Position numbers and translations under genes: made by a program | In this document: positions 17,332-26,012 of the stretch, one piece after another | How the letters are laid out: each line of letters begins with the position of its first letter | Numbering within the stretch: the stretch's first letter is position 1 | Notes under the pieces: model-generated | What the model was told of the DNA's origin: nothing | Seen by the model: the letters and a program-made list of their open reading frames with translations, nothing else | Database searches by the model: none | NCBI GenBank assembly: GCA_023489485.1 | Contig: JAMDCU010000131.1 | Span: 24,862-88,861 of the forward strand | DNA from: Chloroflexota bacterium | GTDB lineage: Bacteria > Chloroflexota > Anaerolineae > UBA4142 | Direction of reading: 5' to 3' | DNA length: 64,000 bases

Positions 17332-19029
17332 TCAGCCCATGCTCGAAACCGCGGGAACATCAATATAGAAAGTAGTGCCTTTGCCAATTTCGCTTTCAAA
17401 GGCGACGCTGCCGCCCATGTCCTCAATCACATGCTTGCTACGCCAGAGACCATAGCCTCTGCCAGGGCCTTTCGTCGAGTAGTTCAGGTCAAAAATGTGC
17501 TCCTGTTGTTCTTCGCTCATTCCCGGTCCAGTATCTCTAGCAATTATCCTAACAAACGGTTTACCACCTTCCACGAAGCCTTTCGACTCCAAACGGAGGA
17601 CTCCTCCATCAGGCATCGCCTCCAGTCCATTGGTAACGACATTGCCGATTGCGCTTGTAAACTGTGAATAGATCGCTTTCACAGGCTTGAGAGTGTCATC
17701 CAAGTCCGTCTCAATCTTGACGTCTCGATACTGTATTCTCGCATTCCTCATCAGCGTCCCGAGCACGAAATTTACATCTATTAGCTGAATCTCCGGCCCT
17801 TCCTCCAACCGTTGGGCCGCGCTCAATAGGTCCCGCGCTTCGCTCTCGATCTCATCAAGGTATTCACTGATTCTCTGATTAGAAGGATTTCGAGGTCCAA
17901 GCTCCTCACGGATTAATGCCGTCCAGTTCAAGATTGGTCCGGCCAAGTTGTTCATGCGGTGTACAAAGTCTACGGCTATGAGCGAGCGCGTCGCTAGGTC
18001 TTGACGTTCGGCAGCTAGTTTCGTCATACGCTTCAGGTCGCTAATCAAGCGCGCGATCGAGACTCCAAATGCAATTTGCTCAGAAAAGTCCTTCAGAATG
18101 GTTTGGACTCGTTCAGAGAAATATCGCTCTTGCAACCGTATGATCCAGAGTCCCACCGCCTGACCGACCGATTCTAGTGGAAGCAGGGCAACGGCTGATG
18201 CACAATCTGCTAGATCCCAGTCGACATACTCAATGACTTCATCCGGTATTCTGTTGTGTCCATCGATGAATAACGGCCGGTCGTGCGAGATGACCCATTG
18301 GCCAAGTTTGTCCCGCAACTCTTGGAAACGCGAATCGTTAACACTCGATACTTTGCCTGACCACGTAGCATCTTGGGCATCCCGCAAGAAGACAACGGAG
18401 GTGACTTCTCCCCCGACAATCTCTCGCACATTCGCAACAATCTCGCGGAAGAGTTGCTCCAAGCCCATCTCTCCAAAAATGGAGGAACTGACCAGAGCGC
18501 GTACGATTAGCCGCTTCCTGCCGAGTTCGCGCAGGGTCTCGTGCTCGTCATGTCTTAATGATAGATCGCTTATGTCTAGCCCCACTTCCGCCTGGAGAAA
18601 CTCACCGTCGTCCTCGTCCCAAACTCGAAATACATTTGTAAGGACAGTTCGGTGTGTTCCCCCGGTTACTCGGTCATAAGCGAGGAAGTTCTTCTGCATA
18701 TTGTCCTGGTCAATAACCCGAAGGCAGTCAACTCTAGACTGCTCACGTTCTGGCGGATCAACGAAGGTTTCCAGATAGCTCCTTCCCATAGCTTCCTTTT
18801 TGGACAGGCCGTATAGTACTTCCGCGTAAGCATTCCAGAGGACTATCTCAAAGTCTCTATTGCAGGCCCAGACTGAAAACGGAGCTCGGTCCACAATCGC
18901 CAAGTTGATCCTATCTTCCCTCGAAACGGCTCTGTGTTGCTCCGCTTCATGTATGCGCCGCCGCAACTCCTGCAATTCTTCGATAAGCTGAGCTTTTGTT
19001 CTGAGTTTGTCTTGCACGCGTGCCTCCAC
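17332..19029 (-). CDS. Cytoplasmic sensor histidine kinase (coiled coil, PAS, GAF, DHp, HATPase)
   Basis: PAS-like 'FEIVLWNAYAEVLYGLSKKEAMGRSYLE' and a GAF-like middle region. H-box 'DFVHRMNNLAGPI', N-box 'VVTNGLEAM', and G-boxes 'DTGPGM' and 'GRGYGLW'. No TM segment seen. GTG start. Confidence 0.9.
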   Translation of the reverse strand: MEARVQDKLRTKAQLIEELQELRRRIHEAEQHRAVSREDRINLAIVDRAPFSVWACNRDFEIVLWNAYAEVLYGLSKKEAMGRSYLETFVDPPEREQSRVDCLRVIDQDNMQKNFLAYDRVTGGTHRTVLTNVFRVWDEDDGEFLQAEVGLDISDLSLRHDEHETLRELGRKRLIVRALVSSSIFGEMGLEQLFREIVANVREIVGGEVTSVVFLRDAQDATWSGKVSSVNDSRFQELRDKLGQWVISHDRPLFIDGHNRIPDEVIEYVDWDLADCASAVALLPLESVGQAVGLWIIRLQERYFSERVQTILKDFSEQIAFGVSIARLISDLKRMTKLAAERQDLATRSLIAVDFVHRMNNLAGPILNWTALIREELGPRNPSNQRISEYLDEIESEARDLLSAAQRLEEGPEIQLIDVNFVLGTLMRNARIQYRDVKIETDLDDTLKPVKAIYSQFTSAIGNVVTNGLEAMPDGGVLRLESKGFVEGGKPFVRIIARDTGPGMSEEQQEHIFDLNYSTKGPGRGYGLWRSKHVIEDMGGSVAFESEIGKGTTFYIDVPAVSSMG

Positions 19030-19201
19030 TTCTGGATTTGAATCAACGGCATTGGCCTGGTTCCGTAGTATCGTAGACCTTGCGTGAGTCGACGATTCTC
19101 TGGCACCTGTGCCTGGCTTGCCGGAGAAGAGATCTCTGGGCGTTGTAGTCCATCGCTGCCCGAGTTAGTCACGCAGACCAGAGGCTGGCCCTATTCACAA
19201 T

Positions 19202-20194
19202 TCAATAATCCCTGAAGATGAAATCGATGAATCGCTTACTTGGCTTGGTGCGATCCAAGGCTTTGATCCTATTGGTCCCGAGTTCCCTCGTCGCTTTTGA
19301 AAACGCAGCCCGAAACCTTGGGTCAATGTGGAACGGCGGAGCTGGATAGCGGTTTAGTGGCCATACCTGAATTGCCTGGTATGGGTACTCCTTCGAGTAG
19401 GCCTTGTCTGATTTGTGAACACTTACCACATGGTCAACGGGCATCCAGCGAATCGCGCTTACAGATTGGCCTTTCAAGCGAAAAGTCAAGACCCAATCGC
19501 TATTCTTGTAGTCCGTCCGGTCGCAATCCAAGTAATTGTGCGGTTCAGATACTTCATATTCCTCTCTGGTCAGACGCTTGGCATTCGAGCACGGCATGCT
19601 ATAGGTATCCCACCAGCCCAGTTTCCAGGTCGGTCTGAAGGGCAGCTTGTACCATTCAGTGAAGGTGCATGCTCGTGCCTTTCTCCGGTCTGACATCATT
19701 TGCACTTCATACTCATGGTGCAATCGATCAAGTTGCCGAAGTTCCTTGGCAGACACAGGACGGCGCCCAATTGAGGAGAGTATCTGTTCGATGTCTAATT
19801 GCCCTGAAGGAAGGAAAACGCCGAGTTCCCGGAGATTACCCGCCCCAAGCGCACGGGTTGAAAGATTCGCTGAGGTAACAATCGACCCTTTGTCCTCAGC
19901 CCAGTAGAGTTTCATGTGGAGCGAGTCTACAAACGTGATCTGCACGCCACGACGCATGAGCTTTCGAAGGACGTGAGGGTTGGTCCCTCCAGCCTTGGGC
20001 CAACAAACCAACTCCAGGCCATTGGGTCTTGGCAGGTATGCCTCTGCGCCTTTGCCAACGAAGGCAACGATGGCAACGCGCCTACCTTTCGCGGAGGCGA
20101 ATAATCCGATGACACTCTTTCTGACTTGAGCAGAAGTGTACAGAATGCGGGTCTTGTTCATGTGCTCGCCATACTTGGTCTGGATGGGCGACAC
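19202..20194 (-). CDS. PLD-superfamily (single HKD) nuclease with an unknown C-terminal domain
   Basis: 'SLHMKLYWAEDKGSIVTSANLS' is an HxK...GSxN HKD motif in the N-terminal ~150 aa. The remaining ~180 aa are W/Y-rich and unassigned. ATG at 20161 is an alternative start. Confidence 0.7.
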   Translation of the reverse strand: MSPIQTKYGEHMNKTRILYTSAQVRKSVIGLFASAKGRRVAIVAFVGKGAEAYLPRPNGLELVCWPKAGGTNPHVLRKLMRRGVQITFVDSLHMKLYWAEDKGSIVTSANLSTRALGAGNLRELGVFLPSGQLDIEQILSSIGRRPVSAKELRQLDRLHHEYEVQMMSDRRKARACTFTEWYKLPFRPTWKLGWWDTYSMPCSNAKRLTREEYEVSEPHNYLDCDRTDYKNSDWVLTFRLKGQSVSAIRWMPVDHVVSVHKSDKAYSKEYPYQAIQVWPLNRYPAPPFHIDPRFRAAFSKATRELGTNRIKALDRTKPSKRFIDFIFRDY

Positions 20195-20219
20195 TAGCTC
20201 GTGGTCGCTCTACACGATG

Positions 20220-21428
20220 TCAACTGGGGCCTGCCTCTTCAGGCGCCCTTGGCCGCATGAACCAATTTGAAGCAGACAACTCCCATTCTCCGCTCTCAGC
20301 CAGGATCACATTTCCGAGGTCTTGATATCGGGGTGACGTATCAATATCCCAGACCCGGTACACCGCCCAGGAATCGTCCCTTTCTGCTTGTTCCTTCTCT
20401 ACCTTGGAGAGCCAAAAACCCATATCCTCAGTCTGAGATCGGGTAGTGGTCTTAACCTCGATGTGAAGTTCGCATCCGTCGGGAGCAAAAGACAGTACAT
20501 CAAACCCGAACTCATCATCACCAGCTGAGACCAACTGTACCCTTCCAGCCAAATCGGGGCGTCCGCGCCGCTTCAGCTTCTCTATCTCCCGTTCATGGAC
20601 GAATTGCTCTCCTAAGATGCCGATCCGCTCCCTCTCTTGCGCCCTTCTGGCTCTTTTGGCTAGCTCTCTCTCAAAATCTACTTCGCGCTTGGCTTCCACT
20701 GTTGTTCGGGATATTATTCCGTTCTTGATGAGGCGGGAGATAACCCACATATAGGACTGGATCTCAATTGCGTTTGGCTTTCCATACAATATCAGCTTCG
20801 ATCGGAGCGCATCAGCCAAATCAAGAAGCGCGGAATAGCCCCTCCAAGAGATATTGCGCGATAGTCTTTCATTAACACCGTAATATTCGAGCAGGAGGTC
20901 GAAGCTATCTGGGCGGATTGGGAAATAGACCGTGGGATCTGCCAAGAAGCATAGATAAGCGAGGAAGGGCCATTTGCACCCTAGTCGGTTTTGTTCGAGG
21001 TAACCGGCGAGATTATCAAACCGCGGAGCCAGTTCTGGGGGTGTAAGCGCTCCGCCAAAGAAAAAATCGTAGAGCTTGTCTTCCAGCTGCCGCTCATCGG
21101 ATTCCGCTTTGACTCTATAGAGCGCGGCCTCCGAGTACTTGTCCGGACCGAATTGGTGCACCAGCAAGTTCTCACTTGCTCTCTTGTCGCAAGCAGCTTT
21201 CGTCGCCGCGATAATTGCACCCGGTCTCTTTCTCCAGCCTTTCCATTTCTCCAGTTGAAGAGCATCGCTGCCGTTCCGGTATACTTTCCATTTGTACGAA
21301 ATCTCGTCGTTGATAAGAAACGGGTTTTGAAAATTGTTGAATGGCACCCCTTTCCACCGTTGAGCCATGTATTGCCTGAATGCCTGGTGCGCCCTTTCGA
21401 ATCTATCATCGTCAATGGTTATTCCCAT
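20220..21428 (-). CDS. DUF3883 (restriction-endonuclease-like fold) domain protein
   Basis: C-terminus 'ILGEQFVHEREIEKL...GFDVLSF...ELHIEVKTT...WLSKVEKEQAE...WAVYRVWDI' fits the DUF3883 pattern (E...D...EVK). The N-terminal ~270 aa are unassigned. Confidence 0.65.
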   Translation of the reverse strand: MGITIDDDRFERAHQAFRQYMAQRWKGVPFNNFQNPFLINDEISYKWKVYRNGSDALQLEKWKGWRKRPGAIIAATKAACDKRASENLLVHQFGPDKYSEAALYRVKAESDERQLEDKLYDFFFGGALTPPELAPRFDNLAGYLEQNRLGCKWPFLAYLCFLADPTVYFPIRPDSFDLLLEYYGVNERLSRNISWRGYSALLDLADALRSKLILYGKPNAIEIQSYMWVISRLIKNGIISRTTVEAKREVDFERELAKRARRAQERERIGILGEQFVHEREIEKLKRRGRPDLAGRVQLVSAGDDEFGFDVLSFAPDGCELHIEVKTTTRSQTEDMGFWLSKVEKEQAERDDSWAVYRVWDIDTSPRYQDLGNVILAESGEWELSASNWFMRPRAPEEAGPS

Positions 21429-21463
21429 CTCTGAGCGATCCTTTCCCGGGGTCTCAAGGCTGG

Positions 21464-23497
21464 TTACAGTTCCACGCTCTTGCTCACCGCACGATCTGGA
21501 TCGCCATAGAATACGACGTCAAGTTTCTCCACCACTTCTTCCGGCAGCCCGACAAACTGCGATTTGTTTGCCAGCGGTACGAGCGCGCGAATGGCGCCGT
21601 TTTCCAACGCGACCTGGAGTGGTTCCATAATGGAGGCAACAGCCTTGATGTTGCCCTGTACCGTGATATCGCCCAGTACGATAGTACCTGGCAAGATGCG
21701 CCTGCTAAACAGAGCAGATATCATCGCAACGTAGAATGCTACTCCGCAAGCGCAGTCCACACGGCCACCACTCAGATCAATCGCCTCCGCCTGGATATCT
21801 TTTTGAGCCAGCAGCGGCGTCAGCGCGAGCTTGTCCTTCACGCTCAACAGATAGGCGAAAGCACGGTTGAGGGATTCCTTAAGCGACGGCTCTAAACCAC
21901 CAGGCGTTCGCAGCTTACCAGTCCCGGCTGTGACCGAGACTTCCAGGCGGAAGAGTCCCACCCGCGCTTGGTCATCTGCAGCCGCTGTATAGACGCTGCC
22001 TGGCGGCAAGGGATCGGGAGAGATCACACCGCTCCCTCCTTGCTCCGGCACACCAACTGTTCTTTCCGTCCCATCTTGATTACCGATGTAGGAAAAGCTC
22101 GTCTTGTAGAATTCGAAAGAGCCTCGCTTCTTCAGCTGTTCCTTGACGCGCCGGCGTCCCTCCATGGCCAGTTCCAAGTACTCCGTGAGCTCTGCTTCTG
22201 TCCATGCGCCATCGGGATGCAGTAGTTTCAACAAGCCGCTAACCGTTCGCTTGACCGCTGAGGCGTCGCGTCCTTCGACGTGAGAACCAAACCGGTAGTA
22301 TTGCTCTACCGCATCGAAGCGATTGTCTTTGCGCGCGATGCGGAAAGCTTCTGCTAAGTAATCGGTCACAAATCCATAGCGAGTCGTGAGCAGATCCTTG
22401 GACGTCTTGGGGATCTCCCAACCAGGGAGATAGTAATGGAAGCGATCGATAACAGCCAGGTCAAATGCATCCGGAAGAGGCTGAAGCAGGTCAGTGGCGC
22501 TGTTCTGAACGAGCGTTTCGACCGGCTGGTTGAGGTTGCCTACGAAGACAAGAGAGGCATCCGCCAGCACCTGCGTAATACCGCGACTAAAGCGGCCATT
22601 CGCCATGTAGTCTTTCATGATCTGGATCGTGTCTGGGTCGGTGACCTTCATCCCGCTGACTTCGTCGAAGGCGACAACGTCCCAATGCCCGACCAGTCCA
22701 ACTTGCCGGCGCGCATTGTTGTAGAACAGGTTGGCGGAGCTCGCCTTACCACCTGATATGAGGATGCAGTATGGCGACATCTCGCTATAGGCGTATGACT
22801 TTCCTGTGCCACGCGGTCCAAGCTCGATCAAGTTGTAATTCTTTTCGACGAACGGAATCAGGCGGGCGAGGATCAGCAGCTTGTGCCGATGCTGCATGCG
22901 GTCTGGCTCCAGACCGAGCGTGCGAACAAGGACGTCGATCCATTCATCGCGAGTAAACTGGGCACGTCCATCGACAAATTCGGTTTCGTCGAACCGCGCT
23001 AGCTGGATTGGCTTGAGGTCCGATATGAAAAAAGGGCTGTCCTTCTTTTCGACCGGCGTGCGGAACTCAACATCCACCAGGGCCCAAATTCCGCCTTCTA
23101 GGAGACGCGGGTATCGCCGATAGAACTCATCCGGGATATGGATTCGGCTGTAGCTGAAATTGTCCATCGCGGCCCAGTATTTAGCTTCGCTGGCGAGAAA
23201 GCGCACCTCAATCCGGTCGATGAACCGATAGCGGCCCCTTTGCTCGACCAGGGACTGGGCTTTGTTGGATTCGTCGTGTCGGAAATAGTTCGAGCGCAGT
23301 GTGTCCTTTACAGCGGCGATGCCTAATTGGACCTCAGTGGGATCTTCCGATGCGCAGTACTTGCCGAGCAGATACTCAAGGACATACGACGGAACATTCT
23401 CGCCACCTCGGATTTGGTGCAGCAGATCCTTCCGGACGACTTTGCCGGCAAACACCTGGGCTAGCTTTTGATCGAGCATCTCTGATGTCATAACCAC
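21464..23497 (-). CDS. brxL: BREX Lon-like protease BrxL
   Basis: N-terminus 'LDQKLAQVFAGKVVRKDLLHQIRGGENVPSYVLEYLLGKYCASEDP' is near-colinear with E. coli BrxL. Walker A 'GPRGTGKSY'. Lon-protease-like C-terminus. Last gene of the BREX order. Confidence 0.93.
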   Translation of the reverse strand: MVMTSEMLDQKLAQVFAGKVVRKDLLHQIRGGENVPSYVLEYLLGKYCASEDPTEVQLGIAAVKDTLRSNYFRHDESNKAQSLVEQRGRYRFIDRIEVRFLASEAKYWAAMDNFSYSRIHIPDEFYRRYPRLLEGGIWALVDVEFRTPVEKKDSPFFISDLKPIQLARFDETEFVDGRAQFTRDEWIDVLVRTLGLEPDRMQHRHKLLILARLIPFVEKNYNLIELGPRGTGKSYAYSEMSPYCILISGGKASSANLFYNNARRQVGLVGHWDVVAFDEVSGMKVTDPDTIQIMKDYMANGRFSRGITQVLADASLVFVGNLNQPVETLVQNSATDLLQPLPDAFDLAVIDRFHYYLPGWEIPKTSKDLLTTRYGFVTDYLAEAFRIARKDNRFDAVEQYYRFGSHVEGRDASAVKRTVSGLLKLLHPDGAWTEAELTEYLELAMEGRRRVKEQLKKRGSFEFYKTSFSYIGNQDGTERTVGVPEQGGSGVISPDPLPPGSVYTAAADDQARVGLFRLEVSVTAGTGKLRTPGGLEPSLKESLNRAFAYLLSVKDKLALTPLLAQKDIQAEAIDLSGGRVDCACGVAFYVAMISALFSRRILPGTIVLGDITVQGNIKAVASIMEPLQVALENGAIRALVPLANKSQFVGLPEEVVEKLDVVFYGDPDRAVSKSVEL

Positions 23498-23498
23498 C

Positions 23499-26012
23499 TC
23501 AATCCAGTGTGCCGTTCTTCAGTTTCAAGGTAGCCCATACCATCCCCGAATCCGGCGCAATAGCGCGTATTTCGATGAAGTCACCATGAAAGTCCGGATC
23601 AATCAATAGAGGGACTTCCGTGTCAACATTGGGCTGCAAGGTTACTTCATGCGTGTTCACATCGCGAGCATCGCAATCAGCTGCCTCACCGACCGACTTG
23701 CTTTTGGGATTTGAATCCGGATATGCCTCAAGGCGAATTCTCAAAGACTCGCCCAAGAGCGAACCATTGTAGACCTTGAGCCCGATCACTTGGCTGGTGA
23801 ACTGGGTGCGCGCATAGTGGATTTCGACCTGCTGGGCGCGTGCACTGGTCTCGGGTTTGGATTTGACTGTGAGCTCGATGACGGGAATGACGCACTCTTG
23901 CAGGCTAAGACCCTCATGGAAGTAGCAGGTATCGGCAACATACACGCCAAAGCCGTTGGGCACACAATAGTCGGTCGCCTCGGTCTGGATTCCCAAGAAG
24001 TTCGGTTTCAGGATCAGAGAACCTGGCTTTTCTCGGACGCGTTTCCCGAGCTTGGCACGCCGCTTGTTCAAATTCCAGCTTCCCTCGGGAGAAGATATAG
24101 TATCGCCAGGTAGAGTCTCTGGTAAGAGCACATGGCCGTGATCGGCGGTGATGACGATGCGTTCAAAGCCAAGTTTTGCTAGGTGAAGAGTTGCAACTTT
24201 GAGGTCGCCCAACAAGTCACTCATGTGTTTGCGGGCTTGGCGCAAGCTAACATGCTCGCCTAGCTCATCAATGTCCGGCACTCGGATGACGAAAAGGTCT
24301 GCGCGTGCGAGTGTGTTGCGCTTGCGGTCGGACGCGTCGAGCCATTCGTTCAACGTGGTGTTCGCAAACCGGTCGCCGTACTTGTCTCTGAGGTATTCCA
24401 TGCGAGCGGACGAATCTTTAATGGGACGATTACCAATATGGGGAATATACTCTTCTCCAACCAAGAGTAGGGAAAGCGCACCATCTGCTCCGGGGAGAAG
24501 AGCCGCCATACCAGTGGCCGTTGTGGTGGGTAGTGCCGCACTGGCTGGCTGAATGCTCACTTCGCCTAGCGGACTCAATTCACCGACCAGTGCCTGTCCC
24601 ATCTCAAAGCGGAGCGCGTCAGCAAGGATATACGCGACCTTCTCACGGTGATCTAGGCTTGGACCAACGAACCGATCGAACACCTGGGTTTGCCGCAATA
24701 CATTTTCGGGAGGCCAGCCCTCAGCCTGAACTGCTGCCAGAAAGCGCATTTGCAGCTTGTCAATACTGGCACGATAGAGGCGACGGGCAAAGTCAATAAC
24801 GGCTTGGATCTCACCGCAATCAGCACAGTCTGCCACGCTCTGTTCCATCAGTCTCTGCTGCAGATCAAGTTGGCTCCAGCCGCCTTCCCTGGCGTACGAC
24901 TCCACTAGTCCAGCGAGCCGGCTGACACCATTCTCGACCTTGGATGCGGCCCCAATCACGTTCAAACAGCGCTCTGCTACCTGCCAGATCTGTGCACGGT
25001 CCGCCTGACGCCGCCAGACAGAGTGACTCCTCGCATCAAGTATAGACCGAGCCGTTTGGAGATGGTTCTCCAGAACAGCAGTTGCCAATGCAGCAAGGGA
25101 CTGTTGCTCCTCAAAAGCAAATGTGTCGCGCTCGCCCAATTCCTTAAAGGCGCGAAAGTGATCGTGCAGCTTGAGGTCTTTCTCTATCCGATTCGCCAAC
25201 GCGGCATATTCGTCGCGCCATTCATCCGACGACCGCAGCCGGTCGCAAATAGCATAGATCTGGTCACGGTACGAAGGGTCGGCTCGGTGAACGCCATCCA
25301 GCGCTGCTGGAAGCGTTGCCGGAAGGTCGAAAGTCAACTCACTAAAGAGGACGTAGCTAGCCAGCTGATCGAGGATCTTTTTCCATGAACGCGTCCCAGC
25401 CTGGGGAACGAAGCCGATGCCGCCTTTCAGAAGTGCCAGCAACTCGCTGCGCGGGCCACGGCCCTCAAATGCCTCTGCGATTTGCTTGGAGCCTAGCAGC
25501 GCAGCACACACCTCCACGGGTGACTGCGTCCGCAGGATTTGTTGGATTTGTGGGTACGCCGTCATCGGTTTGAGGTCGTCGAGAAGATCGAACGAGGGCT
25601 GTCCCGTCATGAATAGGGTTTCAATCTGTTCGCGCATCTCTGGCATTGCCACACGGGCAAGCGAGAGCAATTGTTCGCTCTCCTCAATGCCAAAGACATC
25701 GCCGGCGACGGAGAAACCTTCAAATGGATCCTGGGTTCGCCGGTCTTCCGCCAGCCGAGCGCGCGGTAGATAGATCAACAAGTTCGCATTCGCGTCCGAT
25801 GGATTCGAAGATTCGTTCATTTTGCGATAAACAGCGTCTGCTTCGCGCCGGGCTTGAAGCTCGGAGGAAACCCCGTTGACCACGCGGCAGTTCGCGATCT
25901 GCAGCGTGCGGACGAATTCGCCAAACGCGCGTTCGCTGTCAAACCACACGACGATGCGGTGGTCATTCAGGCAAGTGATTATTAGCTGACGGAGGTGGTC
26001 CGATAGTCGCAT
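23499..26012 (-). CDS. pglZ: BREX alkaline-phosphatase-superfamily protein PglZ
   Basis: 'ADLFVIRVPDIDELGE' and 'IVITADHGHVLL' are PglZ-domain motifs. Length ~837 aa. The ATG at 26012 overlaps the pglX stop (TGATG). Confidence 0.92.
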   Translation of the reverse strand: MRLSDHLRQLIITCLNDHRIVVWFDSERAFGEFVRTLQIANCRVVNGVSSELQARREADAVYRKMNESSNPSDANANLLIYLPRARLAEDRRTQDPFEGFSVAGDVFGIEESEQLLSLARVAMPEMREQIETLFMTGQPSFDLLDDLKPMTAYPQIQQILRTQSPVEVCAALLGSKQIAEAFEGRGPRSELLALLKGGIGFVPQAGTRSWKKILDQLASYVLFSELTFDLPATLPAALDGVHRADPSYRDQIYAICDRLRSSDEWRDEYAALANRIEKDLKLHDHFRAFKELGERDTFAFEEQQSLAALATAVLENHLQTARSILDARSHSVWRRQADRAQIWQVAERCLNVIGAASKVENGVSRLAGLVESYAREGGWSQLDLQQRLMEQSVADCADCGEIQAVIDFARRLYRASIDKLQMRFLAAVQAEGWPPENVLRQTQVFDRFVGPSLDHREKVAYILADALRFEMGQALVGELSPLGEVSIQPASAALPTTTATGMAALLPGADGALSLLLVGEEYIPHIGNRPIKDSSARMEYLRDKYGDRFANTTLNEWLDASDRKRNTLARADLFVIRVPDIDELGEHVSLRQARKHMSDLLGDLKVATLHLAKLGFERIVITADHGHVLLPETLPGDTISSPEGSWNLNKRRAKLGKRVREKPGSLILKPNFLGIQTEATDYCVPNGFGVYVADTCYFHEGLSLQECVIPVIELTVKSKPETSARAQQVEIHYARTQFTSQVIGLKVYNGSLLGESLRIRLEAYPDSNPKSKSVGEAADCDARDVNTHEVTLQPNVDTEVPLLIDPDFHGDFIEIRAIAPDSGMVWATLKLKNGTLD

